Below are positions 24,730 to 36,750 of a stretch of DNA of 64,000 nt, one piece after another; position 1 is the first letter of the stretch, and each line of letters opens with the position of its first letter. The stretch lies in NCBI GenBank assembly GCA_013265495.1, contig MU059330.1, forward strand, positions 14,439,237-14,503,236. Reading direction: 5' to 3'. The notes beneath the pieces are model-generated. The model worked only from the letters and a program-made list of their open reading frames with translations. It made no database searches and was not told where the DNA came from. The position numbers were made by a program, and so were the translations under genes. Source of the DNA: Vicugna vicugna. Its lineage: Eukaryota.

Positions 24730-25085
24730 AGCACAGCCCTCTTGTGATAGTTTAAGGTTTAACACCACAAACTCCCACGGCCTCGTGGGTTACCACGAAA
24801 GAAATTTGTTCTGTTTCGGGTTGGCGGCCAGAAGCCCAACCCAGGGGTCGCAGGGCGCTGTCCGCAGCTCTGAGGACCCTGCTGCTGCTGGCCCGGGCCC
24901 CTGTGTCCCAGGCTTGGGGCACCTCCCGCTAGCCCTGGCCAGCCTCTCCCTGGAAGGACACGGTGAGTCAGGGGTCGAGGGCCCACCCTCGTCCCGGGAT
25001 GAGAACACCTCGGGCCCTAATCACGTTTGAAACAAGGAGGTCGTGGGGGGACACGAGTTTCTGGAGGACACTATTCAGCTCACTT
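24730..25085 (-). mobile_element. MLT1 solo LTR, degraded
   Basis: accacaaact...gaaatttgttctg...aaggacac...gggcccaccctc...ggaggacactattcagctcac. Confidence 0.7.
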
Positions 25086-25438
25086 ACCCCGTCCACGTTC
25101 ACCGAGGGACCCACGACCTCCGAGCCACACCACCGCTCCTCTCAGAGACCCCGAAACTCCTCCCCACCAAACCCAGGCCGGGCCCGGCCCTGCTCCGCAC
25201 GGACCAGCCTCCCGCTGTCCAGGCTTCTCCCCCTGCTGCCCTACCCCTCCCCGGGGCCTGGAACCGGAACACAAACGCAGCTTCCCAGGGACTGCCGGCT
25301 TCCCGGGTTCTGCAGGAGAAGCAGGGCCACAGTGTTGAGCGCTGGGTGGTACCGCAGCTTTCGGCGGCCCCCCGGAGCCTCCCCCGCCGCAGACAGGCTT
25401 CGCTGATGCGTGTGCCTTCCCCCGCCCACCCCCTCCAG

Positions 25439-25529
25439 CCTGAAGTCCCTGGAGCTCCTGTCGTCCACTGCACTCTCCATCCAGCCCTCCACCACCACCA
25501 GCTGCAGCGAGAGCTCCTCGCTGAGCCAG
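25439..25529 (+). CDS. ZDHHC11: ZDHHC11 exon 10 (LKSLELLSSTALSIQPSTTTSCSESSSLSQ)
   Basis: cccctccag acceptor, CAG|gtgagc donor, 91 nt, phase 2 to 0, open frame. Confidence 0.75.
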
Positions 25530-28081
25530 GTGAGCCTCAGGCCTGGGGGGAGCCGGGTGGGGTCCCGCCCCCGAGAGCGGGGTGAGGACACCAGCACCGG
25601 GCTTGCTTGTCTGATGGGCTTGTCTGAGCATCTGTGGTGGCCCCAGGAGGCTGCCCAGGTGAGGAAAAGCAGAAAAATCAAGTGAGTGACACAAAGCATT
25701 CTCAACTGCGGGGCCATGTGTGAGACAGAGGAACAGGCAGGGAAGCGCGTGGCTCAAGCCTGGTGCAGGGAAACCAGCCGGTGTCCCCGAAAGCACTCTG
25801 TCCCCGTGGTCTCCACGGGCCACTTACCACCCCAGACAAGGGCTGCCCTGAGAGTCTCTGGGCAGCAGGGGCACAAGGTCCCTGCATCCATCACCGAGCC
25901 GTCGGAGCCCGGGGTCAGAGTTCAGTTGGAGAGACTGGGGCTGGTCCTCGGTGGGGCTGGCATGACCTCCAGAGGCAGCTTCCGTGCCCAGAGAGGGGTA
26001 GAGTCTGAGGGTCTTCGGTTTAACGCCGTGTGACGAGGTCACAGCTTAAACTATGGCCAGTTACGGCGTGACCTCCCCCCCAGCCACTTCCCGCGACCCC
26101 TCCCGGCACAGCGGTGGCAGAGGCACCGACCATCTGGTGGCGCCCCAGCCTGGCCCTGCCCTCTCATGCGGTGGATGTCACACTCGGCACAGGGGCCCAG
26201 ACAGTGCGCTCAGCCTCCAAGAAGCAAACGATAAAGGTGGGCGTGCGGACCGGGCCCGCCTGGTTGTAACGGTCTGTCTGAATGGCCGAAGCCCTTCCGT
26301 GGGCGCCGGCACTGTCGCTGTGTTTCCCCCGACTTTGTGCTCCTGGGAGAAGTCACACCCTAAAACGTGTGTGCTCCTGTGTTGGGCACAGCCTTCCCTG
26401 ATGTGGCACCACAAGCACGACTCTATCACCATGTGAGACGATCACACAGCCAGGTCAGCTGGCACCCCCAGCATCCGACACACAGCGGATGCACACCGTC
26501 CACTCTCTTAGATGCCCAGTGCCGCCACCATGATGTGCGTTGGCACGTAAGGGTTGTTTTTACAAAGGGCTTCCTTTGGGCAAACCCGTTAATAAACCCG
26601 CGACCCAGGAACTGCCCACCCGAGAAGAAAATAGACCCTAAGGGTTCCTGGTCCAACCCAGCGCTGCCGGCTCCCCGGGCGGGGAGCCTGTGCAGGTCTT
26701 CCCCTCTGTGAGCCGAGGGTGACAAAGTCATCTGCCTCCAGGTTTTCTGGTAGAGATTAGACAAGATAACTCACGCCCTGGCACAGCCCCCCGCACGCAG
26801 GAAGCACTCGAGTGTCTGTTACGAGCAAAGACCCAGCCACGAGCGCAGACTGCGCTTCCCTGCGGAGGTGCTCACGGTGACACGTTTACAATAACGAACG
26901 CCTGAAGTCACCAACAACCCAAATTTAGGTGAACGATCACGTCGAACAGGCCGGATGCCCAGTCCTGGTAGACGATGAGGATTCTGGCTTTGAAGACAAG
27001 GCAATAAAACCGTGCATGCTTGTGACCTGGTAAGCAGGGAAAGCAGGGTCTAGATCACACGTGCGGCACAGCTGCGGCCACGTGCGCAAACCCCACACCT
27101 GTGACCAGGAAAGAGAAGGCTGACAGGAGATGCGCGGAAACACACTAGGGTGACTGAACCTCGGTAACTGTTAGCTAACGTGTCATGTGTGCTTGCATGA
27201 TTTTTAGAGTAAAAATGTATGAAGTAATACTTAAATTGTTTTAGCTGAAAAGAGAAGGAAAAAATGGTACATTGGGCTTCATCAAAACTTTGAGTTAGGG
27301 TTGGGGTTAGATCTGAACCGACTTCACCAGCGGGACCCGTGGCGAGTGAGCACGTGGACAGACGCCGACACCGTCAGGTGGTGAGGGAACGGACTAAAGA
27401 CACGGTCACAGCCGCCACGCCCCGCCGGCGGGGCTCTAACCGGAACGGGCACCGACACCCCGTGGGGCTGAGACACGGGGAGGCCAGGCCGTCGGCACCT
27501 CGAGTCAAACTCGTCCTTTCATGTGGCCCAGCCACCCCGTGCCCGGCTTTACCGAGAGAGTGGAGGGTGGGCACATGGGGCCGCCGTCACAAAGGGCCAG
27601 AGCCCAGGGTTTATGTCCTCAGGTTCTGGCGGCCAAGCTCCGAGATCAGGACGTCACTGAGTTTGGAGTCCCCTGAGGCCCCATCCTTGGCTGTGCCCTC
27701 CGTGCTGTCCGGCAGCTCGGCCCTGATCTCCTCTTGGCACAAGGACACAAGGGCAGGACCACCCCCGCCGTGGCCTCATTTAACATCACGGCCCCTGCAG
27801 AGGCCCCATCCCCAGATGCGGTCACGTTCCAAGTCTCCAGGGCCAGGACTTCAGCGCGTGAAATGGGAGGGGACACAGTTCCGGCCGGAACTCGGGGGTG
27901 GGGGGAGGGGCCGCGCCACCAGGGGCCCTTCCCCGGACCCAGGAGCCCCCGAGGTAGCGTGACCCGAATCCTCCGATACTGGGCTTGAACGTGGGGGAGG
28001 CAAGCGCAGGTCAGCAGGGCTCCTTCCTAACCCCAGGGGTGACCGTTCCCGCCCTCTCCCCGACCGGAACTGGCCGCCCAG

Positions 28082-28101
28082 CTGAGCTCACCTGCACCGA
28101 G
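28082..28101 (+). CDS. ZDHHC11: Putative ZDHHC11 exon 11, truncated 35-nt module exon C (LSSPAPR)
   Basis: Strong GAG|gtgagt donor. CTGAGCTCACCTGCACCGAG aligns with the end of exon 7 (CTGAGTTCATCTGTACGTGG). The acceptor at the 35-nt position (28066) is CG, not AG, so an internal in-frame CAG is proposed. Confidence 0.55.
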
Positions 28102-29795
28102 GTGAGTCTGAGAAGTAGCTCTAAGCCCATCTGAACTCGGGTTCCTCGGGACAGTAATTCCTCCGCAGAGGCCACGGGGCATGGACAGAACACGAAGCTG
28201 CTAGAGGCCGCCCCCGCCTCGCCGGCTCCTCCGTGTGCCCCCACGCCTCCCCGGCTCGAAGGGCCCTCTTTTCTCCCCCGCGTCTTCCTGCACTGACGTC
28301 TGGGCTGACACGCAGACACGAGTAGCGCTCCCGCATTCCTCTCCCTGTGAACGTGCGTGGGACCAGGTCTGCGTCATGATGGGTCGGGGGCCAGCTGGCT
28401 CCGGCCGTCCCGGCCGGCAGCCCTGGGTTGGGGCGACTTTGGGATGAGGGGAGCCTGAGTCTTTAGTACCCAACTAGGTGTTCGTCGTACGCATCGAAAC
28501 ACAGCGGTAACAGCGTGCGACATAAAACAGCCCCTCGAGGGCGACGCCCGCAGAGCGTGAACACCGCTCCGTCCCTCCGCACGCTCACAAACCCACTCAC
28601 GCCGACAGGCTAGGCCGGCGGGCACGGGGGTCTGGGGACCCGTCCTCCTCCCCCGTTTTATTAATGGTCGTGTTCTGGGGGGACCAGCGCCGTGCCCCCA
28701 GCAGCCCAGCTCCACGAGGAAGTCCCACCGCCTTCCTGAGTCTTGGTCTGGAAGCTCCAGCGTCCTGGGCCTCGGCCCTGGGGGCGTCCCTGTCTCCCCA
28801 GCCTGCAGCCCAGAGGCGCAGGCTTCCTGGACGAGACTTGGGAGACTGGCCTTGAAAGCCTCCGTGCTGAGAACACCCTTCTGCCAGGAGGAGGGCAGGG
28901 TGGGATGCTGGCGGGTGGAGGCCCTTCCAGCTCTGAGACGCACCCCTCCCTCTCTGCTGGAGCGTTCTGTCGTCTTCAGTCCAGACTTTACGTCTCCACC
29001 TGGAAAACGAGCTAACCCTGTTTCAGGGAAGGGTTACCTGTGTGAAAAGTAGTTACACTGACACGGTGCACGTTTGCAAGTCCCCCGGCCGGGATACGCA
29101 ACCAAGTCTGGCCCTTTTTGCTGCAAAGTGTTTCTAGGGTAAACCTGGCAATTTGCTCAGGTGAACAAACTGGCATCTGGACAGCCGCGGCCAGACTCAC
29201 TCCAGCCACACCGACCGCACAGTTGAGCCCCTGCCCCTGGACACCAGGGCCTGGGGCTCAACCTGGCCCGAGGAAGCCCCTCAGGTGGTGCCTGGTGTGT
29301 GAAGATGCGGGCCTGGGACACTGAGTGGAAGGGCGGGCTCTCTCCCAAAGGCTTGCAGATGGACGGGTGGGGCTTCTGGGCTGTCGGTCTGCATGGCAGC
29401 CACACTGACTGGGGCAGAAGCTGACCCGGTGGAGGGGCACGGAGGAGTGCGGAGGGCCCACTGCACACGGGAGCTGCTTGTCCAAGCGTAAAGGGGCTTC
29501 AGCTGCTAGAACCCACCAGACGGTTTGCTTTAATTTTCTACCAGCGGGTGGAAGGTCTCAGCATGGATGTCCTTCCCATGTGAGCCTTGGGCCTGTTTCT
29601 CACAAACCCCGAGCCCCTGAGCGCCCCCCCTCATCCGAGGCTGTGCAGGCAAGCGGGAGACCACGGCGGCAACGCTGCAGGACACAGCAGCCCTGCGAGA
29701 GCCCCCCCACCAAGGAGGGGCTTCCCTGTTGACGTGGGTCTTGTCCCCTGCCACCCCAGCAGAATGAAGCGTAAGGAGTTCCTGTCGCCGTCCAG

Positions 29796-29847
29796 GTGCC
29801 CAAGCTCCGTCGGCAGCCTCAGCCTGGAGGACTCCATGTCACTGCAG
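29796..29847 (+). CDS. ZDHHC11: Putative ZDHHC11 exon 12 (CPSSVGSLSLEDSMSLQ)
   Basis: gtccag acceptor, CAG|gtaagg donor, 52 nt, phase 2 to 0; restores the frame into exon 13. Confidence 0.62.
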
Positions 29848-30089
29848 GTAAGGCTGGGCGTGGTGGGGCCCACAGAGGCGTGTCAGGCCCCTCCAAGCCT
29901 GAGGCTGACAGGGCTGGATGGCTTGTGTGACAGCGCAGCGGGGCGGAGTGGGCGGGGCAACGCTCAGACGGCGGGAAGCTGAGTGCGGGAAGTCGTGTGT
30001 GTGCGAGCGCACGCGGGCGCGCCTGGTTCCCAACACCCTGTCAGGTGAGTGAGTTGCGGGCAGAGATGCCATGTGCTCGACTTGCTGTT

Positions 30090-32060
30090 TAACGGAACAA
30101 GATCTTTGATGAGCCTGAGCTGTGAGCTTTGATACAGACACATTTATAAACATTTTGGAGATAGTGCTTTTTGGTCTTGGTTAAGAACTCTTACACCTGA
30201 AGATCTACCAGAGAGTCTTCTGTACTTTGTGCCAAAAGTGTTAAATTTTTGATTTTGAGACCAGAGTCCTTATTCTGCTGTTTGTTTGTATGAAACGAGG
30301 CAGGGGTCCAGGTTCACCTCTTCCTGCAGGATTTCTGCCCTTTCCAGCTTCATTTATGTTTTGGGGAGTTTTTCGTTTTTGTCTTGTTTACACCGCCACA
30401 GACCACAGAGGGCTGCGCAGATGAGGGGGCCTGTGTGAGCCCAGCTTCATTTATGTTTCAAGTAATTACCAGCAAGGACTTACTTCTGCCAACAGCTGTC
30501 TGTATTCTGCAGGTTTTCTGTGTGTTCTCTGTTCCTCAGCCCCTGCGTTGCTGGCTCTCTGTATTTAGCTGAACTTTGTTTCGTGCCATTTTGAGTCCCT
30601 TCTCCTTTCCCTTTCTGTGCATTTTTGTGCATTCTCAGCGGTTGCTTTGAGGCATATAAGTAACATCTTAAATTTACAGCAGCCGCTCTCAACAGCAGCG
30701 GCTTAGTTTCAACAGCACAGACACTGTCCCCAACAACCCGGCCCTCCTGCCGTGGAGAGCGCCACACCGTGCACCATGAACAGAGACGTGTAGTTGCGCC
30801 ATGCATGTAAGTCACATGGAGGGGGTGTCACCAGAGAAAAGCACACTGCCACCGGCTTAGGCATTGACCTGTGCAGGCACCTTGCCGGGCTCGCCACCGC
30901 TTCTGTGGCTCTGAGTTGCCGCCCAGTGTCTGCATTTCAGCCTAAAGACTCTGGAGGGCCGTGTGAGCCGCGCAAGCCCCTTCAGCGTCTCTGTAGGGCG
31001 GGTCTGCTGATGGTCAGCCCCCTCAGCTTTTGTGTACTGGAGACTGTCTGAGTTTCTCCATCATTCTTAAAAGATCGTTGTCTGGGGTGCTGGAATCTTG
31101 GTTGGTGGGCGTTTTTCCTCCAGGACTTCCGCGGTGGCACGCCCTGCCTGCCGGCCTCCGTGGAAGCTGCCCAGCAGTCGGCTGTTGGTCATGCTGGAGG
31201 TCTCCTGCCTGAGTTAGCTGCTTCTCTTGCTGCTTTCAGAATCCCCTCTTTAGGGTAAGAATCCGGCTGTTGCGAATCTGTGTGGATTGTCTGAGTTTGT
31301 CTTGCTTGGCGTTTGTTAAGCTTCTTGAATCTGTAGATTCATGGTTTTTAAAAATCGGATTTGGGAAGTTTTCAGCCATTATTTCTTCAGCTATTCTTCT
31401 GCTCTGTCCCGGGACCCCCACAATGCGTGTGCTGCACCCCTGGGTGGAGGCCGTGGGTCTGCCAGGCTCCGCGCACCTGCCTCCATTCTTCCTCTGTGTG
31501 GTCAGAACGGAATGGGTGACTTCCGTTGTCATCCGGTTTCTGACCCTCTTTTCTGCCCGCTCATGTCTGTTGTGCTTCTGTAGTGAACTTTTTGTTTCAG
31601 TGTTTGTGCTTCTCAGCTCCAGGGTTGGTTTGGCTTCTTTGCACGCTGCCCGCCTCTTTGCTGCTCCCCTCCTCTGTCCGTGCTCTGGTCTCCTTGTTTC
31701 CTTTAGCCCTGTATCCGTGATGCCCCCCGGCTTCCAGAGCGTGTTTAAGACTCTAAAGCTGATTTAATGTCTTTGTTAATTTGGGAGTCTAGGCTTCCTG
31801 TCTCTTTGTATGTTTTATGGCTTTTTGTTGGTAACTGGACATCCTGAGTCTGGCAATGTGGTGGCTCTGGTAACGGACCCTCTCACTCCTCAAGTGTTAC
31901 AGGTTGTTGCCTGTTGAGGGCTGGAACTGTGTGTTTGTGACTTTTCCAAACTGCTTTGGCAAAATGCGTATTTTGTGTCACTGAAATTTCTCTTCCATTA
32001 TCCCTGTGGTCAGCCAGTGACCTGACAAAGATTTCCTTAAATGTTTGGCTGCAAACAAAG
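30090..32060 (-). mobile_element. Patchy decayed L1 (ORF1/ORF2)
   Basis: tttgggaagttttcagccattatttcttca is antisense to the L1 ORF1 motif EEIMAENFPN. Confidence 0.75.
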
Positions 32061-33585
32061 GGGGAAAGATTCTGTCTCTTTACACATTCCAGTAGATGGC
32101 ACGGAGGGAAGCTGCTGCCACCAAGGAGGCCAAAACCTAGGCAGGCGCCTGTGCCCACCGTTGGGGCAAGGCCGGGCCAGCCAAAGCTCACAGCCTCAAA
32201 CCCCCACAGTGCAGAGTCCCCAGTGGTCGCCTCAGCCAGCCGCTCCCCGCGCAGCCGCAGCAGGGCTCGAGGGCCGGGGCGGGGTCTCCGTCCCCCCAGA
32301 TGCTCCAGGACCGATCGGGCTCCCAAGCGAGACACAGTGGTCGTTGCTCCTTTAGGCAGCACGGTCGCTCAGTGGAGGGCCGGCCTCTGAAGCCGCCCGC
32401 CGCACCCCTGTCCTAAGGTAAAATGGCGCTGCATCGTGGCGCACGTGGAGCACACCCCCTCAGCACGCCGTCTTCTGCCCGTCCTCCCTGCTGCGCCTGC
32501 CAGGCTCGTCACCTGCTTCGCTCCCCTCACCGGCAGAACCCTTCAGGCTGCTGTGGCGGGGCCTCGGCCCCCCTTTCCTTCTGGAGCCCCCCGTTCCTGC
32601 GTGTGTTTCCCTCCCACGTCCGCCCCGAGGTTACCGCTCCCGCCGCTTTCCTCTGGGGGCAGACGCTCTGTGGCTCCTGCAGATCCAGAAAGCCTGTCGC
32701 AGCGCCCAGCGCCCCGCTGCTCAGCCCGCGGGTGACCCGGCGCGCTGGCCACGGGAGCCGCGCCCAGCCCCGGGGCTCCGTGAGGGCCTCTCGTGCCTCC
32801 ACAGCACCTGCCTCCGACCACGTCTCTCTGGGCCCGTTTCTTTCTCCTCTTCGGGGAGTTGTCATTTCTGGCCCAGCAAGGGTTTCCCTTCTACTTTCCC
32901 CGTGAAGTTATATTTTTACTCATTTATGTATCTGTTTACCTCTCAACTATAAATCTTAGGTGTTGGATCAAGGAAGGGAGTCACACCATATTGCAAATGT
33001 GCTGTTTTGGTAACGACGTCTCCTAGTGACGTTTTTCCCTCTAGATCTTGCAAAACTTCCAAAGAAAAACCTTGCCTAGTCCCAGCCGCTGGTTCATGCC
33101 ACACGCAACACTGAGAGTAGAAGTACCGTCCCTGGCCCTTCAGCGAGTCTGGCAAGAACTCTGGTCACCTCTCCTGTCTGCGAGCGGGCGCCAGTCCGCT
33201 GGGTCAGGGCAGCACAGGGCAAGGAGCAGAATGCTCGCGTTCAGATGTGGGTGAGAAACACTGGGGCTTCCTGGTAGCCAGAACTCAGCACCGTCAAGCG
33301 GCTGTGTGGAGAAGGTACCCTCACTTCCCTCCGTTTTGGTGCCCCACCTACACGCCAGGCGAAGCGCTGGTGTCTGTCCTGACGCACACGCAGACAGAAA
33401 GCCGGCACCCTTCCCCCAGTGCAGCACACAGAGACGGGCGTTCTGAGAGGTGCGGTGCTGCCCGCGTCCCGTCAGGGAGAGGCAGGTCTGTCTTTCTCCA
33501 CGACGCCTTCTTGCCGCCACGTCGTCCCCTCTGGCCGTATGACGAAAACCGCATTGCATCTTCCCAATTATTCCTCTTTCTGTAG

Positions 33586-33661
33586 GTTGCAAGGGATCAA
33601 CAACAGGAAACAGGGCAGACGGCAGCCGGAGATGCTGCTGAAAATGAAGTGTTCGCTTCAG
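33586..33661 (+). CDS. ZDHHC11: ZDHHC11 exon 13 (VARDQQQETGQTAAGDAAENEVFAS)
   Basis: ttcctctttctgtag acceptor, CAG|gtaaga donor. QQETxxxxxxDxAExE resembles the human last coding exon LQQETTEPMKTDSAESED (recalled). Confidence 0.82.
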
Positions 33662-36505
33662 GTAAGACATTCTATAGTCTGGGTCATTTGAGAGCTGCTC
33701 AAGTTTGATTCTCTAGAGAGTTAGATGTTTGCTAAAGAAATAGGAGGAGAGAGAGAAATCACCGTGGAAAGTCAGGGCTGGAGGCTTGTCTCTGTGATGT
33801 GCAGGACACACTCGAGCTCACCGGATGGTCAGCAGCCAGCTCCCCGACGCCCTGCGTGTTTGCCCTGCCCCCCCACCCAGTGCCAGGAAGCTGGGCCCAG
33901 GAGGTGGAGCTGGACGCCCACTGAAGCACCCGCCTGCAGGCGTCTGCACCTCACCGAGGGCTGCTCTGGGCGTCCTCCCGCGCGGCCACCAGTCCGGGCT
34001 CTGGATCCCGATGAGGGACGGGGACCACGCAGAGCAAGGGAGCCTGACCTTCAGCTGAGACAAGGGGCCCAGCGTGCAGCATGCGTGCTCAGAGTCGGTG
34101 CCGCCGTGGCCCACCTGCCAGAGCTTCGAGTAGTCTCAGGCAGACTGTTCGTCGCTGGCACGTCTTCATCCTGCCAGACTGCTTTTGAGATGGTGTCACT
34201 CAGCTTTTAAACAACGGACGTCCGGGACGATGACGTTCCTTCAGGGCACACAAGGCGCTTCTGGAGGGCGGACGTCTTCTCAGCACACCTGCGATGTGGG
34301 ACTCGAAGACTCCGACTGCTGGGAAGGAGACGGAGTCTCGGCTTGACTCTGACGTAAGTCCATGTAAGGTGGACTACAAGGGCCACGAGGTGCGGACGGC
34401 TTAAACGAGAGGGAGAGGAGCAGAGATGGAACAATGGAGTCTGCAAATTGATTACTGGGACGTTCACGCTCTGGACAAAGCGCCGGGGTGTGGGAGGGAG
34501 GCAATGGTGAACTGCCAGGCAGTGAGGGATTCTCAGGCCGGGGACGGCGGCAAAGAGGAAGCCCAGAGAGAACCCCAGGGCACCTGCCAGCCTGCTGCCC
34601 TCGGTTTTCACAGATGCACAGGAGGCCAGTTCAGAGCCAAAGATGGGGTATGTTGTCCTATAAAACTGGGACCCCCAAATGACTGTATCCCACTGTGGAG
34701 GTGAACCAGAGGGACCCAGTTCTGTACCCACAAAGGACACAGCAATAACCGGCCGTCTCAAACCTTGGAGGTGAGCGGAAAAGAGAACACTCACTGCTGA
34801 CTGCAGGGAACTCCAGGCTGTCCCCGGCTCTGCGGCATGCGGGTGGTCCCACAGACCTCCCAGCTGAGACCTGACACAGAGGGAGCCAGGCCCAGCCCCC
34901 TGGGAGCCAGGCCGAGCCTGTCCGAGGAACCACCAAGAATCACAAACAGAATTACACGAGAATGAGCAGCTTCAATAAAAAGTGACTGACCACACATGGA
35001 AACAAAGCCCTTGAGTGAGGCCAACAGAAACACAGCAGAAACAGACACACAGTGACTTCAGGCCGGAGGCCGCAGATGGAAGCGCAACGTGACTATGACG
35101 ATTTTCTTTAGAGAAACGAAAGGCAAAGTTTAGAATATCTGGAGAGAACAGGAGAACGTTTTAAATTACCACTTTTGAAAAAGGACTGAGTAAAACACAC
35201 AGAAATGCAAAGAATATCCCTGAAATGTACAAATTGACTGATGGACTCGACAGCGCAGCAGCCACGGCTGGAAACAGACCCGGTGAGAACGGCCGCCGAG
35301 GACCCTGCCGGAGTCGGTGCGCCGGGACCAAGACGCGCCGAACAGGAGGAGGAGGGCCGGCCGAGGGCGAAGGCTGTGCTTCCCGCCAGCCAAGCCCCAG
35401 AGAGAGGAGAGGGAAGGCTGGGGAGGGGCAATCTTTAAAGAGACGATGGCTGAGAGTTTGCCAACACCGTCGTCGGCTACAAATTAAAGTAAATAAAATT
35501 CTAGACATACCATGAGCAAACTGGCAAAAGGAAAGAAACTTTAAAATATCTAGTGACAGATTATCTTCCAAGGAGTCATTCACGAACTGACCTCGCTCAT
35601 CCTAATGGAGGCCAGAGCAAGGCTGAGCCGCACCTTGAGCAGCGTGCTGGGGGGGCCTCGGCAGCAACACCCCACCACCGAGCCTGGTCGGAGTGAGGGT
35701 CACACGGACGTTTCCACACGTGAGTCACGAGTGTTAGGGGAAATGGACAACAGCACGCCTAGAAAACGAGTCACTGGGAGTAACTCTGACAGAAGACGCA
35801 CAGGACCCGTGGAGAAGTTACAAAGCTCAAGGGTGCTTTCCAGAGGGGCCATGTCGCGCTCACCGAGAGCAGGCGGCGTCGCAGACCCAGGCCTACCGGA
35901 CGGGCGGATGCGGCCTCCATGCCCTGGGGAGGAGGAAACGGGAGGGGGCTGTGGTTTCATCTGTGATGGTGAAAAACGGGCGGAAAACAGCAAAGCTGTT
36001 AAGAGAGGCTGGCTGCGTGTGCGAGGCGCACTGGATGTGTGTGACAGCGGAGGGAAGGCTGCCCGCGTGCTCACCTGTTGGCCACGGAGGTGGGAGGGGA
36101 CGTGACCAGAGAGGATGCACAGGGTCCCCACCCGGGGCTCCTAACCTGGGCTGTCACTCCTTCATTTTTCTCTGATGTGGTGAAAGTTTTTATACTTCGC
36201 AATGAGGGTCGTGGGGACCCTCGGCTGCTGTGACTAGGGTTGGGCGGGGGGAGCCGGGCTGGGGAGGAGGGTGCTCCAAGCCCCAGCTGCGAGTGGGCTC
36301 CATGTGGGACCCCAGGTGCTCTCCTGGGGCGCGAGCCGGGAGCCAGCCCCACCTCCCAGCGAGAGGGCCGGGCAAGAGGTGCAGGAGCGCCTGCCAGTCT
36401 TTGCGGGAAGGCCAGCCGTGCGCTGTGGCCGTGGGGGCTCCGTGCTGTTTGCCCCCTGCGCCCCTCCCTCCTAGGTGCCCATGGTCACAGTTCCTTTACC
36501 CACAG

Positions 36506-36750
36506 GAGCTGAGGGGCCTGCACTGGCCGAGTGCCCCATCCAGGAGCCCCTCTCCTCCGAGATCCCGTCTGGGGAGTCGGCCCCGGAAAACCTCCCACTC
36601 CCGCAGTCGCTGCAGGACGGCAACCAGGATGTGCAGCCCCTGAGGCCCCAGGATGCCCTCCCTGGACGCCAGGAGTGCTGGGTGCTGGAGACCACCATCA
36701 TCTATATGCCCAAGCTGGAGGAGGAGCAGGCCATCCAGGAGACGCCCTGA
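36506..36750 (+). CDS. ZDHHC11: ZDHHC11 terminal exon, coding part (GAEGPALAECPIQEP...EEEQAIQETP*)
   Basis: ttcctttacccacag acceptor; phase 1 fits exon 13; open to TGA 36748-36750; AATAAA downstream. The full model sums to 1539 nt (512 aa plus stop). Confidence 0.72.

Noticed and set aside
27292-27310. TTAGGG TTGGGG TTAG telomere-like sequence
   Set aside because: Only one canonical unit; expected by chance.
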